This document shows, one piece after another, positions 52,881 through 64,000 of a DNA stretch of 64,000 bases. A program made the translations under genes and the position numbers. Position 1 is the stretch's first letter; each line of letters starts with the position of its first letter. The stretch lies in NCBI GenBank assembly GCA_049852185.1, contig CP187540.1, one strand, 5' to 3'. This DNA is from Methanocaldococcus sp. 28A. GTDB lineage: Archaea > AGJL01 > Methanococci > Methanococcales > Methanocaldococcaceae. The notes below the pieces were generated by a model. That model was not told the DNA's origin. It made no database searches and saw nothing but the letters and a program-made list of their open reading frames with translations.

Positions 52881-54719
52881 TTATGGTAGTATAACATTGT
52901 CATTTTCATATATATAGATAAGGAACATCGCATTACTCCACCCTAAAGGCATTGCAGACATTGGAATGCCAAGGTCTTTATGTATCTGTTCTGGAAACAA
53001 ACCATTAAAACTATATTTAACTGCCCAATCAAATAATTTTTTAGATTTTTGTAAATATATATTAGCTCTATCATCATTTTTCTCTTTTAAAACTTTAGAT
53101 AACCTTCTATAATATAGAGAAAGCCATATTGTGGTTATAATCCATGGATTACCTCCAAAGTATATATCTCCTGGATACCTTCCAATTCCTCCAACTTTGT
53201 ATTTGAATGCCTTTTCAATTGCGTTGGCTGTTTTTATCATCCTTTCATCATCAACATCAATTAAATTGAAAGGATAACTTAAACCCAAAATGCTTGTATC
53301 TATCTCTTTATTTACTGGATTTATTGATTTAATAAATCTACCTTCCTCTTCTAAATAAAATCTCTTTGAAGTTTCATATTTTAAGAATTCAAGTGTCTTT
53401 TCCCAATGTTTAACATCATCCCTTTTATCAACTGCCTTACTCATGCTGTAAGCACATTTCAACCCTGCGTAGATAGCTCCCATCGTATATGCAAAAACTC
53501 CAAATTTTTCTTCCCATAAATCAAAACATGGCGTGAAGTTTAAAGCAGCCGAATTTAAATAATTTCCAGCCTTTTCAATAGTCTCCCAGTATCTCTTAAC
53601 AAATTTTCTATCTCCACTTAATCTATAATGCACATCCATAGCCCATAACACAGAGCCTACTTGGTCTATTTGCATAGCAGTTAATCTTGGTTTTCCATTA
53701 ACATAATAGTTTTGTAGCCAAGAACCATCAGCATTTTGAATTTTAGCCATGAATTCAAAAAATCTTACGGGAATTCCTCTAATTCCAAATAAATCTAATG
53801 CAATTGCCATATAACTTCCATCCCTCCCCCATACATACCTATAATCAGGATACAAAGAAGGAGAGGCGATAATTCCTCCATCTTTATCACATAACATTAA
53901 GAGAGTCATTAATGCCCTTTTGGCTATGGAGAGAATATCTTTATTTGAACTAAATTCAGGATGAATAAATCTTTTTATGTCTCCTATAATATTTTTCCAA
54001 TAATTCATTGATAAATCTATAATATGCTCATAGTTATTCATTATAATCTTTAGTTGTTCAGTAATTATCTCAAAGTTTCCATCAAATTTTTTCGGAAGTA
54101 TATAAATGCTAAATGCAACACTTTTCTTTTCATCAATTCTTATATTCCAAGATATGGCACTATCAGTCATTAACCCATAGCTTTCTTTATGCTCCTTTAG
54201 AATTCCATTTTCAATATCTATGTATGCACTATTTTTGCTGTATCTATTTCCACACTGAAATGAATCTATCTTTTTATTACTTCCTATACAAAAAACGTAT
54301 TTTTCATCATACTTAACAATACATCCATCTTCTAAAAATCTTACAGTATTTTCTGAAGGATTTTCTCCAATTCTCAAATTTTCATAAAAAAATAATTTAA
54401 AATTCAATTTTTTATCAAGTTTATTTTTTATATGTAATCTTCTAATGATTACATTATGAGAAACTGGAACAAAATCTTTAATTGTCAATATAATTTTATC
54501 ATCTTCTAATATGGTTTTGAGTATATTTGTGCCTTCAATATATTTTTGAGATATGTTCCAATCATCATCCCAATGCCATTTTACTTTATTATCATAAATT
54601 GCCAATGCAGAGTCAAAGAAGTGAGTTTCATAACCCACATGTGGATAAAAAATGTAGCTAATTTCTCCATAATCTCCAATTTTAGCTAATAAACTGTTAT
54701 TACCTACTACTCCACTCAT
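52881..54719 (-). CDS. GH15 glucoamylase
   Basis: YVWGRDG, DLWEE, PEQ..PLGWS. Confidence 0.92.
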   Translation of the reverse strand: MSGVVGNNSLLAKIGDYGEISYIFYPHVGYETHFFDSALAIYDNKVKWHWDDDWNISQKYIEGTNILKTILEDDKIILTIKDFVPVSHNVIIRRLHIKNKLDKKLNFKLFFYENLRIGENPSENTVRFLEDGCIVKYDEKYVFCIGSNKKIDSFQCGNRYSKNSAYIDIENGILKEHKESYGLMTDSAISWNIRIDEKKSVAFSIYILPKKFDGNFEIITEQLKIIMNNYEHIIDLSMNYWKNIIGDIKRFIHPEFSSNKDILSIAKRALMTLLMLCDKDGGIIASPSLYPDYRYVWGRDGSYMAIALDLFGIRGIPVRFFEFMAKIQNADGSWLQNYYVNGKPRLTAMQIDQVGSVLWAMDVHYRLSGDRKFVKRYWETIEKAGNYLNSAALNFTPCFDLWEEKFGVFAYTMGAIYAGLKCAYSMSKAVDKRDDVKHWEKTLEFLKYETSKRFYLEEEGRFIKSINPVNKEIDTSILGLSYPFNLIDVDDERMIKTANAIEKAFKYKVGGIGRYPGDIYFGGNPWIITTIWLSLYYRRLSKVLKEKNDDRANIYLQKSKKLFDWAVKYSFNGLFPEQIHKDLGIPMSAMPLGWSNAMFLIYIYENDNVILP

Positions 54720-54748
54720 ATAAATCACGCTATTAAAAATTAAGGTTT

Positions 54749-54961
54749 TTATTTCAGTTTAATAACCCACTTTTTATCATCTTTCAATATAGATATTTTG
54801 TCTTCTCTTGCTAACCATCCAATAGCCATTTTCACAATATTGGAATTATAACCTTCTTTTTTAAGAGCTTTTTCTATTTGAGATAAACTCTTTTCCCCTT
54901 TTTCTAATAAATGGTAGATTCTTCCAGCAGTTTCACCAATTTTTCCCCACATATCTTGCAT
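54749..54961 (-). CDS. Small winged-helix protein (DUF2582-like)
   Basis: IGETAGRIY, AIGWLAREDKI. Confidence 0.85.
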   Translation of the reverse strand: MQDMWGKIGETAGRIYHLLEKGEKSLSQIEKALKKEGYNSNIVKMAIGWLAREDKISILKDDKKWVIKLK

Positions 54962-54965
54962 TTTA

Positions 54966-56138
54966 TCACCTCATCATCATTTCCATAGCTATTTTATAAA
55001 CATTTACTGTCTCTTTAGCTATATTATCCCAGCTATATTTTTCATAGACTTCTTTTTTGGCATTATTAACTATATACTCTCTAAAACTAAAATCTGATAA
55101 AACCCTATCAACACCCCAAGCAATTGAGTCTGGATTTTTTGGATAAACCCAAACACCATTGACCTCATGCTTTATAATTTCTCTCAACCCTCCCACTGAG
55201 CTAACAACCACAGGTGTGCCAGCAGCCATAGCCTCTAAGGCAACAATTCCAAAGGGCTCATAAACTGATGGAATTACAACAACGTCTGCTGATTTATAGA
55301 GTTTTTTTAACATATTTTCATTAACAAATCCTAAAAAAACTACTTTATGCCTAATACCTAATTGATAACATAAATCTTCTAAATAATTTCTCATATCTCC
55401 ATTTCCAGCTATAACTAATTTTGCATTATACTTTTGAAGAATTTTAGGCATTGCTCTTATTAAATACTCTACACCTTTTTGATATGTTAATCTTCCAACG
55501 AACAAAATCATTTTTTCGCTATCTTGAACTCCAATGCTTTTTCTAAAATTTAATATCTCTTCCCAACTTAAATTAATATCAAATTCCCATGGATTTATGC
55601 CGTTATAAATTACTTTAACTTTATCTTCTGGAGTATTAAATGTTGAGCAGATTTCTTCCTTTAAAGAATGACTTACAGTTATTACTTGGCATGATTCATA
55701 GGTTGAAAGATATTCTATTGTATGTATAGCTTTTGAGTCATCTGAATACAATCCTCCACATCTCCCAATCTCTGTGCTGTGTATTGACTGAACATACGGC
55801 ATTTTACATGAATGCTTTAAATTAGCCCCTACAAAATGTGTCATCCAATCATGACAGTGGATAACATCATAATTATCAATTCCTAAGATTCCTAACTTCT
55901 TTTCCATTTCTTCAGCCATAAATATTGCCCAAGTTAAAAAATGCGGATGGACTATTGGTTTAACTCTATAGACATTTACTCCATTTAAATTTTCATAATC
56001 AGGTAACTCATAACCAACAGTTATAACATCCACTTCATGCCCATTTCTAACTAAACCCTCTGCTAAGCCTTTACAATGAATAGCTAAACCTCCTATTATT
56101 CTTGGAGGATATTCCCATGTTATCATTGCAATTTTCAT
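54966..56138 (-). CDS. GT4 glycosyltransferase
   Basis: WEYPP..GGL, HCHDW, GRLTYQKG, EPFGIVALEA. Confidence 0.92.
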   Translation of the reverse strand: MKIAMITWEYPPRIIGGLAIHCKGLAEGLVRNGHEVDVITVGYELPDYENLNGVNVYRVKPIVHPHFLTWAIFMAEEMEKKLGILGIDNYDVIHCHDWMTHFVGANLKHSCKMPYVQSIHSTEIGRCGGLYSDDSKAIHTIEYLSTYESCQVITVSHSLKEEICSTFNTPEDKVKVIYNGINPWEFDINLSWEEILNFRKSIGVQDSEKMILFVGRLTYQKGVEYLIRAMPKILQKYNAKLVIAGNGDMRNYLEDLCYQLGIRHKVVFLGFVNENMLKKLYKSADVVVIPSVYEPFGIVALEAMAAGTPVVVSSVGGLREIIKHEVNGVWVYPKNPDSIAWGVDRVLSDFSFREYIVNNAKKEVYEKYSWDNIAKETVNVYKIAMEMMMR

Positions 56139-56249
56139 AATATCATCATAAAGTTTGTGGTAAGGTTTATATAATTTCTTATAAAAAATTAAATACTATA
56201 TAGTATAAAATATGATAGCTAATAAATAATATAAAAACATTGTGATACT

Positions 56250-57815
56250 ATGAAAATAGCTATTATTGCTCCAACGATAACTCCAATTGTTTCTTATGGA
56301 GGATTGGGAGATGTAATGAGAGATTTGCCAAAATTTTTAAAAAAAGATAATGATGTTTTAGTTTTAACACTCAACCATTATAATAGATACAATAATCTTC
56401 CCCATGAAATTATCAAGAAAATAACAGTTGTCTATAAGGGTTCTAAGATTAAATTTGATATTTTAAAAACAAAACATCCAACAACAGGAGTTGATTTAAT
56501 TGTATTTAGTAATGAAAGCGTTAATAATTTAAATGTTTGGGATGCTATTAAGTACGAAATTTTTGCTGACTTAATTGTAAGTTATTTGGATGATATAAAA
56601 GATGTTGATGTTGTATCTGGACATGATTGGATGTGTGGTTTAGCTATAGCCAAATGTAAAGATATCTTAGATTTGCCCACTACTCTAACTATACATAATG
56701 AAGCATTTAAGGGGGAGGTTGTTGAGTATAAAGGAGAAGTTTTGACTCTTTTAGAGTTGGGAATAAAATATGCCGATGCCGTTAATACTGTAAGCCCTAC
56801 ACATGCTGAAGAGATAAAAAACTGCCAATATATAAAGAAATATTTAGATAATAAACCCTTTGTTGGAATTTTAAATGGTATTGACATTGAGGAATACGAC
56901 CCTATAAGAATAATGGATAGAATGATAATTCTTTCAAATAACAAACTCGACCCAAGAAACTATGCCTATATCTCCCCCTACTCAGCTGAAGATGCCCATA
57001 ATATAAAGCCAAAAATAAAATACTCATGGTTTTATAAGGGGGGAGTTTATGAATATGTTGAGGATTGGAATAAAATAATAGATAGAGGTATTTCAGCTAC
57101 TGAAGTTGAAGTATATGGGGGATTAAAAGGAGATATAGAAATTCCACTAATTGGATTCGTTGGAAGAGCCACATATCAGAAAGGATTTAACACGATGTTT
57201 GAAGCAATCCCTGAACTTTTAGAGAAATATGATATAAGATTTGTATTTTTAACAAAGGGAGAGAAAGATATTGAAGACAAACTAAAAAATCTTGCTAATG
57301 AATATGATGGAAAGATTTTAGCTTTAATTGGATATTGCCTTCCATTGTCTTCTTTAGTATTTGCAGGAAGTGATTGGATGGTTATGCCTTCATATTGGGA
57401 ACCGTGTGGTTTAGTGCAGATGGAGGCTATGGCTTATTGCACTCCGGTTATAGCTACAGAAACTGGGGGTTTAAAAGATACTATAATTCCTTTACATCAT
57501 AATCCTTATGAGCATCCAAACTTTGATAAGGCAACAGGCGTTTTATTTAAGATTCCAGATAAAATTGGATTCATATGGGGAGTTGAGCATGCATTAAATT
57601 GGACATTTTATAAACTTAATGAAATATGTATGTTTATACAGTATGTAAGATACAAATGCCCTAAGCATCCTTATGATGAAAATGCTCCTCTCCCTATGAT
57701 GATGAAAAACTGCTACTATCATGTACTTAGAAACTTAAGTTGGCAGAATTCTCCATCTATAAGAAAATATAAAGGTTTATTTGGTGGGGCAATTTACAAT
57801 CATTATCTAAAATGA
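56250..57815 (+). CDS. glgA: Glycogen synthase
   Basis: GGLGDV, HDW, TIHN, PSYWEPCGLVQMEAM, TGGLKDT. Confidence 0.92.
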   Translation: MKIAIIAPTITPIVSYGGLGDVMRDLPKFLKKDNDVLVLTLNHYNRYNNLPHEIIKKITVVYKGSKIKFDILKTKHPTTGVDLIVFSNESVNNLNVWDAIKYEIFADLIVSYLDDIKDVDVVSGHDWMCGLAIAKCKDILDLPTTLTIHNEAFKGEVVEYKGEVLTLLELGIKYADAVNTVSPTHAEEIKNCQYIKKYLDNKPFVGILNGIDIEEYDPIRIMDRMIILSNNKLDPRNYAYISPYSAEDAHNIKPKIKYSWFYKGGVYEYVEDWNKIIDRGISATEVEVYGGLKGDIEIPLIGFVGRATYQKGFNTMFEAIPELLEKYDIRFVFLTKGEKDIEDKLKNLANEYDGKILALIGYCLPLSSLVFAGSDWMVMPSYWEPCGLVQMEAMAYCTPVIATETGGLKDTIIPLHHNPYEHPNFDKATGVLFKIPDKIGFIWGVEHALNWTFYKLNEICMFIQYVRYKCPKHPYDENAPLPMMMKNCYYHVLRNLSWQNSPSIRKYKGLFGGAIYNHYLK

Positions 57816-57831
57816 TGTTATGAGGGGAAAT

Positions 57832-60418
<2,587 letters not shown>

Positions 60419-60429
60419 AGAAAAATATT

Positions 60430-61017
60430 TTACTCAGGAACATTGGTAGTTTCTTCACCTTCTTTTTTTTCTCCTATTTTTTCTAATTTTGCTAATGCTA
60501 ATCTAATACCTTCTTCAATTTCATCTGAAAAGATATTTCCAATATTTATTAATACAATAACACCCCAAATAACCAATATTATTAAGACAATTCCTGCTAT
60601 AACCGGAGACATTCCAGCCATTATTGGTAAGAAGAATAGATAAGCAATTATTGCCACTATCAAATACGCTAAACCTCTTAAACCTCTTCTATATCTTTTT
60701 AACTTATCGGCTGTTGTTCTCTCTCCAGATATTTTTGAAGCAATTATATCTGCAACTCCATCCATCAATTCTCCAAAATCTTTAACTATCTTTAAGAATA
60801 TATAAACCAATGCTATAAAGACTATTGCTGAAATAATTGGTTTTAAAGCTGTTAATCCAAATAAATATGGATTCCCAAGCATATCAGCAATAGGTATAAA
60901 AACTAGTACACCAAATAGCCATATTAATCCTGCAATGACTAACCTTATTATTATTTGTGGAATATTCTCTTTTAATTTTAATATACCTTCTTTAAACAAT
61001 TTTTCAGAATTGTTCAT
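60430..61017 (-). CDS. Hypothetical 4-TM membrane protein
   Basis: ORF with four hydrophobic segments and GGTGG RBS. Confidence 0.8.
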   Translation of the reverse strand: MNNSEKLFKEGILKLKENIPQIIIRLVIAGLIWLFGVLVFIPIADMLGNPYLFGLTALKPIISAIVFIALVYIFLKIVKDFGELMDGVADIIASKISGERTTADKLKRYRRGLRGLAYLIVAIIAYLFFLPIMAGMSPVIAGIVLIILVIWGVIVLINIGNIFSDEIEEGIRLALAKLEKIGEKKEGEETTNVPE

Positions 61018-61106
61018 ATTTTTCCACCATATATCTTCTTTAACTTTTTTTAAGTTATTTCCACTATACCTACTATTATTTTTAATATTTATACTTTAGT
61101 CTAAGA

Positions 61107-61760
61107 TAAGAGTGTGTCTAAAATAGGACTTACATACGATACCTCTCTTTACTATAGCCTTATTACCTCTTTTCGTTTTCTTTATTATTGGCTTGTAGTT
61201 GAATTTAACTAACTATTTTATTTAGAGTATCCTTGTCATCGTATTCCTCATCATCATAATATCCTTCTCCATAAGCAAACTCAAACTTCGATTTGTCTAA
61301 CCCTATAGATATTGAAAATAATGTTTTATTTTCTGAATCGTAACGAGTTATAGCATGTATTTTTATCAATTCTCCTGCTTTATTCGAAAACTTTGTTGAG
61401 TCGATAAATGTCTTCTCATAATCGAGACTCCATAATTTCCTAAGAATTTGATTTATTATCGATATAATATAGTTATTTAGTTTCTTTTCCCAGTAATGGA
61501 TTACTAAAAGTTAATTCTAACTCTAAAAACTCTACTAAGCTTTCTATAGCTCTTAACGATACCCCTAAAAACTCCCCCTTAACAACAGAAACTTTAAGTA
61601 ATAGTTCGATAGTATATTTTCTTGGCTTTAATTCCTTAGGTAATATCTCCTATCACGTCATCAAAAACCTCTAATATCTCGTTTATATTATCTATCTTCG
61701 TGTCTCATCTTTTCGCTACTATATTTTTTATTTTGTTATTATTTAGATATAACTCGCTCT
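61107..61760 (-). mobile_element. Decayed IS5-like DDE insertion sequence
   Basis: Frameshifted fragments KPRKYTIELLLKVSVVK, SLRAIE, IHYWEKKL..TFIDSTKF..YYDDEEYD..YKPIIK; end TAAGAGTGTGTCTAAAAT at 61107-61124. Confidence 0.7.
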
Positions 61761-61789
61761 ATCCGTAAGATTTAAATATCTTTGGAATA

Positions 61790-61910
61790 TATAGTAGTGT
61801 GTAAAACTATCTTAATTAAAATAAGGTATTAATGAATGTCTTTCTTTTGGAAGGCATCTAAGTTATCCTTATACCTTATAAAAGTTTATTTCATTTTGCA
61901 CACAACTATA
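61790..61910. repeat. Family A repeat (diverged, small internal duplication)
   Basis: TATAGTAGTGTGTAAAA...TTTTGCACACAACTATA; CCTTATA duplicated. Confidence 0.85.
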
Positions 61911-62050
61911 ATTAATACTGCTATTGCTCTTGGATTATAACCTGGTCTCCCAGTTTTATTGTTCTTTAATCTATATGAGGGTTCTTCATAACTTAGTATT
62001 AGTTATAATGGCCATCTTTCATTATTTTCAATTCATATCTATTCACCTCT
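61911..62050 (-). pseudogene. Second transposase-like N-terminal remnant
   Basis: GAGGTGA RBS + ATG AAT TGA; downstream frame RLKNNKTGRPGYNPRAIAVL with the GRPxY motif of IS5/IS1182 N-termini; truncated at the family A repeat. Confidence 0.4.
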
Positions 62051-62231
62051 TCTTTATTTTTGTTATCATCATTTATACACTTGTTCAAACTCCACTTAAC
62101 TAAAATTTTTTTTAATTTGTATTGGAATATTAAATTACCTAATAGCTTCCATTAGTTAGTTTAAGAATATATATTTTTATAGTTATCCTCCTAACTAATT
62201 GATTGTAACTTCTATTCTGGGAGGTGAATAT

Positions 62232-64000
62232 ATGTCCCCAAGAATTGGGGTATTTGTCTGTTACTGTGGAGCAAACATTAATGGTGTTGTAGATTGTGAA
62301 GCAGTAAGAGATTTTGCTGAAAAATTAGATGGAGTAGTTGTAGCTAAGACATATCCTTTTATGTGTGCTGACCCAGGACAAAACTTGATTAAAGAAGCAA
62401 TAAAAGAATACAACCTTGACAGAGTTGTTGTTGCTGCATGTACACCAAAAATTCATGAACCTACTTTTAGAAATTGTATAAAAGAAGCAGGATTATCTCC
62501 ATATTATTTGGAGTTTATTAACATTAGAGAACACTGTTCTTTCGTTCACATGAACGAAAGAGAAAAAGCTACTAAAAAAGCTATGGAGTTGGTTGCTGGT
62601 GGAGTTGAGAGAGCTAAGAGATTGGAAGATGTCCCACAAAAAATTGTGGAGGTTGATAAATCCTGTTTAATTATTGGAGGAGGTATTGCTGGAATTCAGG
62701 CGGCTCTTGACTTAGGAGACCAAGGTTATAAGGTATATTTAGTAGAAAAAGAGCCATCAATTGGAGGAAGAATGGCTCAGCTTGCTAAGACATTCCCAAC
62801 TGATGACTGTGCGCTGTGAATTTTGGCCCCAAAGATGGTTAACGTTGCAAACCACCCCAATGTTGAGCTCATAACCTACGCTGAAGTTAAAAATGTTGAA
62901 GGATACATTGGAAACTTTGAAGTTACAATTGAGAAGAAACCAAGATATGTTGATGAAAATATCTGTACTGGATGTGGAGCTTGTGCAGCTGTTTGTCCAA
63001 TTGAAGTACCAAACGAGTTTGATTTAGGTTTAGGTACAAGAAAAGCCATATATGTCCCATTCGCACAGGCTGTTCCATTAGTTTATACAATTGATATGGA
63101 CCACTGTATAAGATGTGGTTTATGTGAAAAAGCTTGTGGTCCTGGAGCTATAAGATACGACCAAAAACCTGAAGAAATCAAGTTAAGGGTTGGAACAATT
63201 ATCTGTGCAGTAGGTTATGATGAATTTGACTGCACACTAAAAGAAGAGTATGGTTATGGTGTCTATGACAACGTCATAACTACATTAGAATTAGAGAGAA
63301 TGATTAACCCAGCAGGACCTACAGGAGGGCATGAAATAAGACCAAGTGACGGAAAGCATCCACACAGAGTTGTATTTATCCAATGTGTTGGTTCAAGAGA
63401 TGCCACAGTTGGAAAGCATTACTGTTCAAGAATTTGTTGTATGTTCGCATTAAAGAATGCTCAATTACTTAAGCAGCATGACCCAAGCACTGAAGTTTAT
63501 ATCTGCTACATGGATATTAGGGCATTTGGTAAAGGATATGAAGAGTATTACAGAAGAGCTCAGGAGCAGTTTGGAGTTAAGTTTATTAGGGGAAGACCAG
63601 CCTGTATAATGGAAGACCCAGAGACTAAGAACTTAATTGTTAGAGTAGAAGATACATTGTTAGGAGAAATTGTAGAGATTGAGGCAGATTTAGTTGTATT
63701 GTCAGCTGGTTTATCTCCAAGACCTGACAATCCAAAATTAGCTAAAATGCTTGGTTTAGAATTAAGTCCTGATGGGTTCTTTAAAGAACTCCATCCAAAA
63801 TTAGCTCCTGTTAATACAAAAGTTGATGGTATAGCAATTGCTGGAGTAGCTCAAGGACCAAAGGATATTCCAGACACAGTAGCTCAAGCTAAAGGGGCAG
63901 CAAGTGCTGTTTCAATACCAATGGCTCAGGGGCAGTTTAAGATAGAAATGATTAGGGCTATTGTTGATGAAGAAGTCTGCGGAGGCTGTAAGGTCTGTGC
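62232..64000 (+). CDS. hdrA: Heterodisulfide reductase subunit A, selenoprotein (TGA at 62817-62819), 3' truncated
   Basis: [41 protein letters not shown] in frame, then CTGCGAC ferredoxin motifs, [20 protein letters not shown]. Confidence 0.96.

Overview
AT-rich archaeal chromosomal window, almost certainly from a Methanocaldococcus-like (Methanococcales) hyperthermophilic methanogen, judged from protein sequences, GGTGA ribosome-binding sites and gene blocks resembling M. jannaschii. Most of it is housekeeping: tiaS, ycaO, nifB, mvk, aroE, an energy-converting hydrogenase large subunit, thiC, cdsB, arcS, carA, serA, pfdB, tfs, cimA, korA, ilvB, a glycogen/glycolysis cluster, and the 5' part of a selenocysteine-containing hdrA. 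Features the ORF track does not show: (1) two related families of ~100-120 bp palindromic TA-flanked MITE-like repeats, about 15 copies, one nested in another and two rewriting gene 3' ends; (2) a GC-rich structured RNA behind a decayed TnpB-like zinc finger, a probable orphan IS200/IS605 right-end (omega) RNA; (3) a box C/D sRNA; (4) decayed IS5-like transposases and a SNF2-helicase pseudogene; (5) an HD hydrolase with an in-frame TAG; (6) a three-gene surface-protein cluster whose two large proteins share a C-terminal Ig-like domain ending FIVGIDP, anchored in one and terminal in the other. No tRNA, rRNA or CRISPR array was seen. All homology calls come from motif recognition and recall, not database searches.
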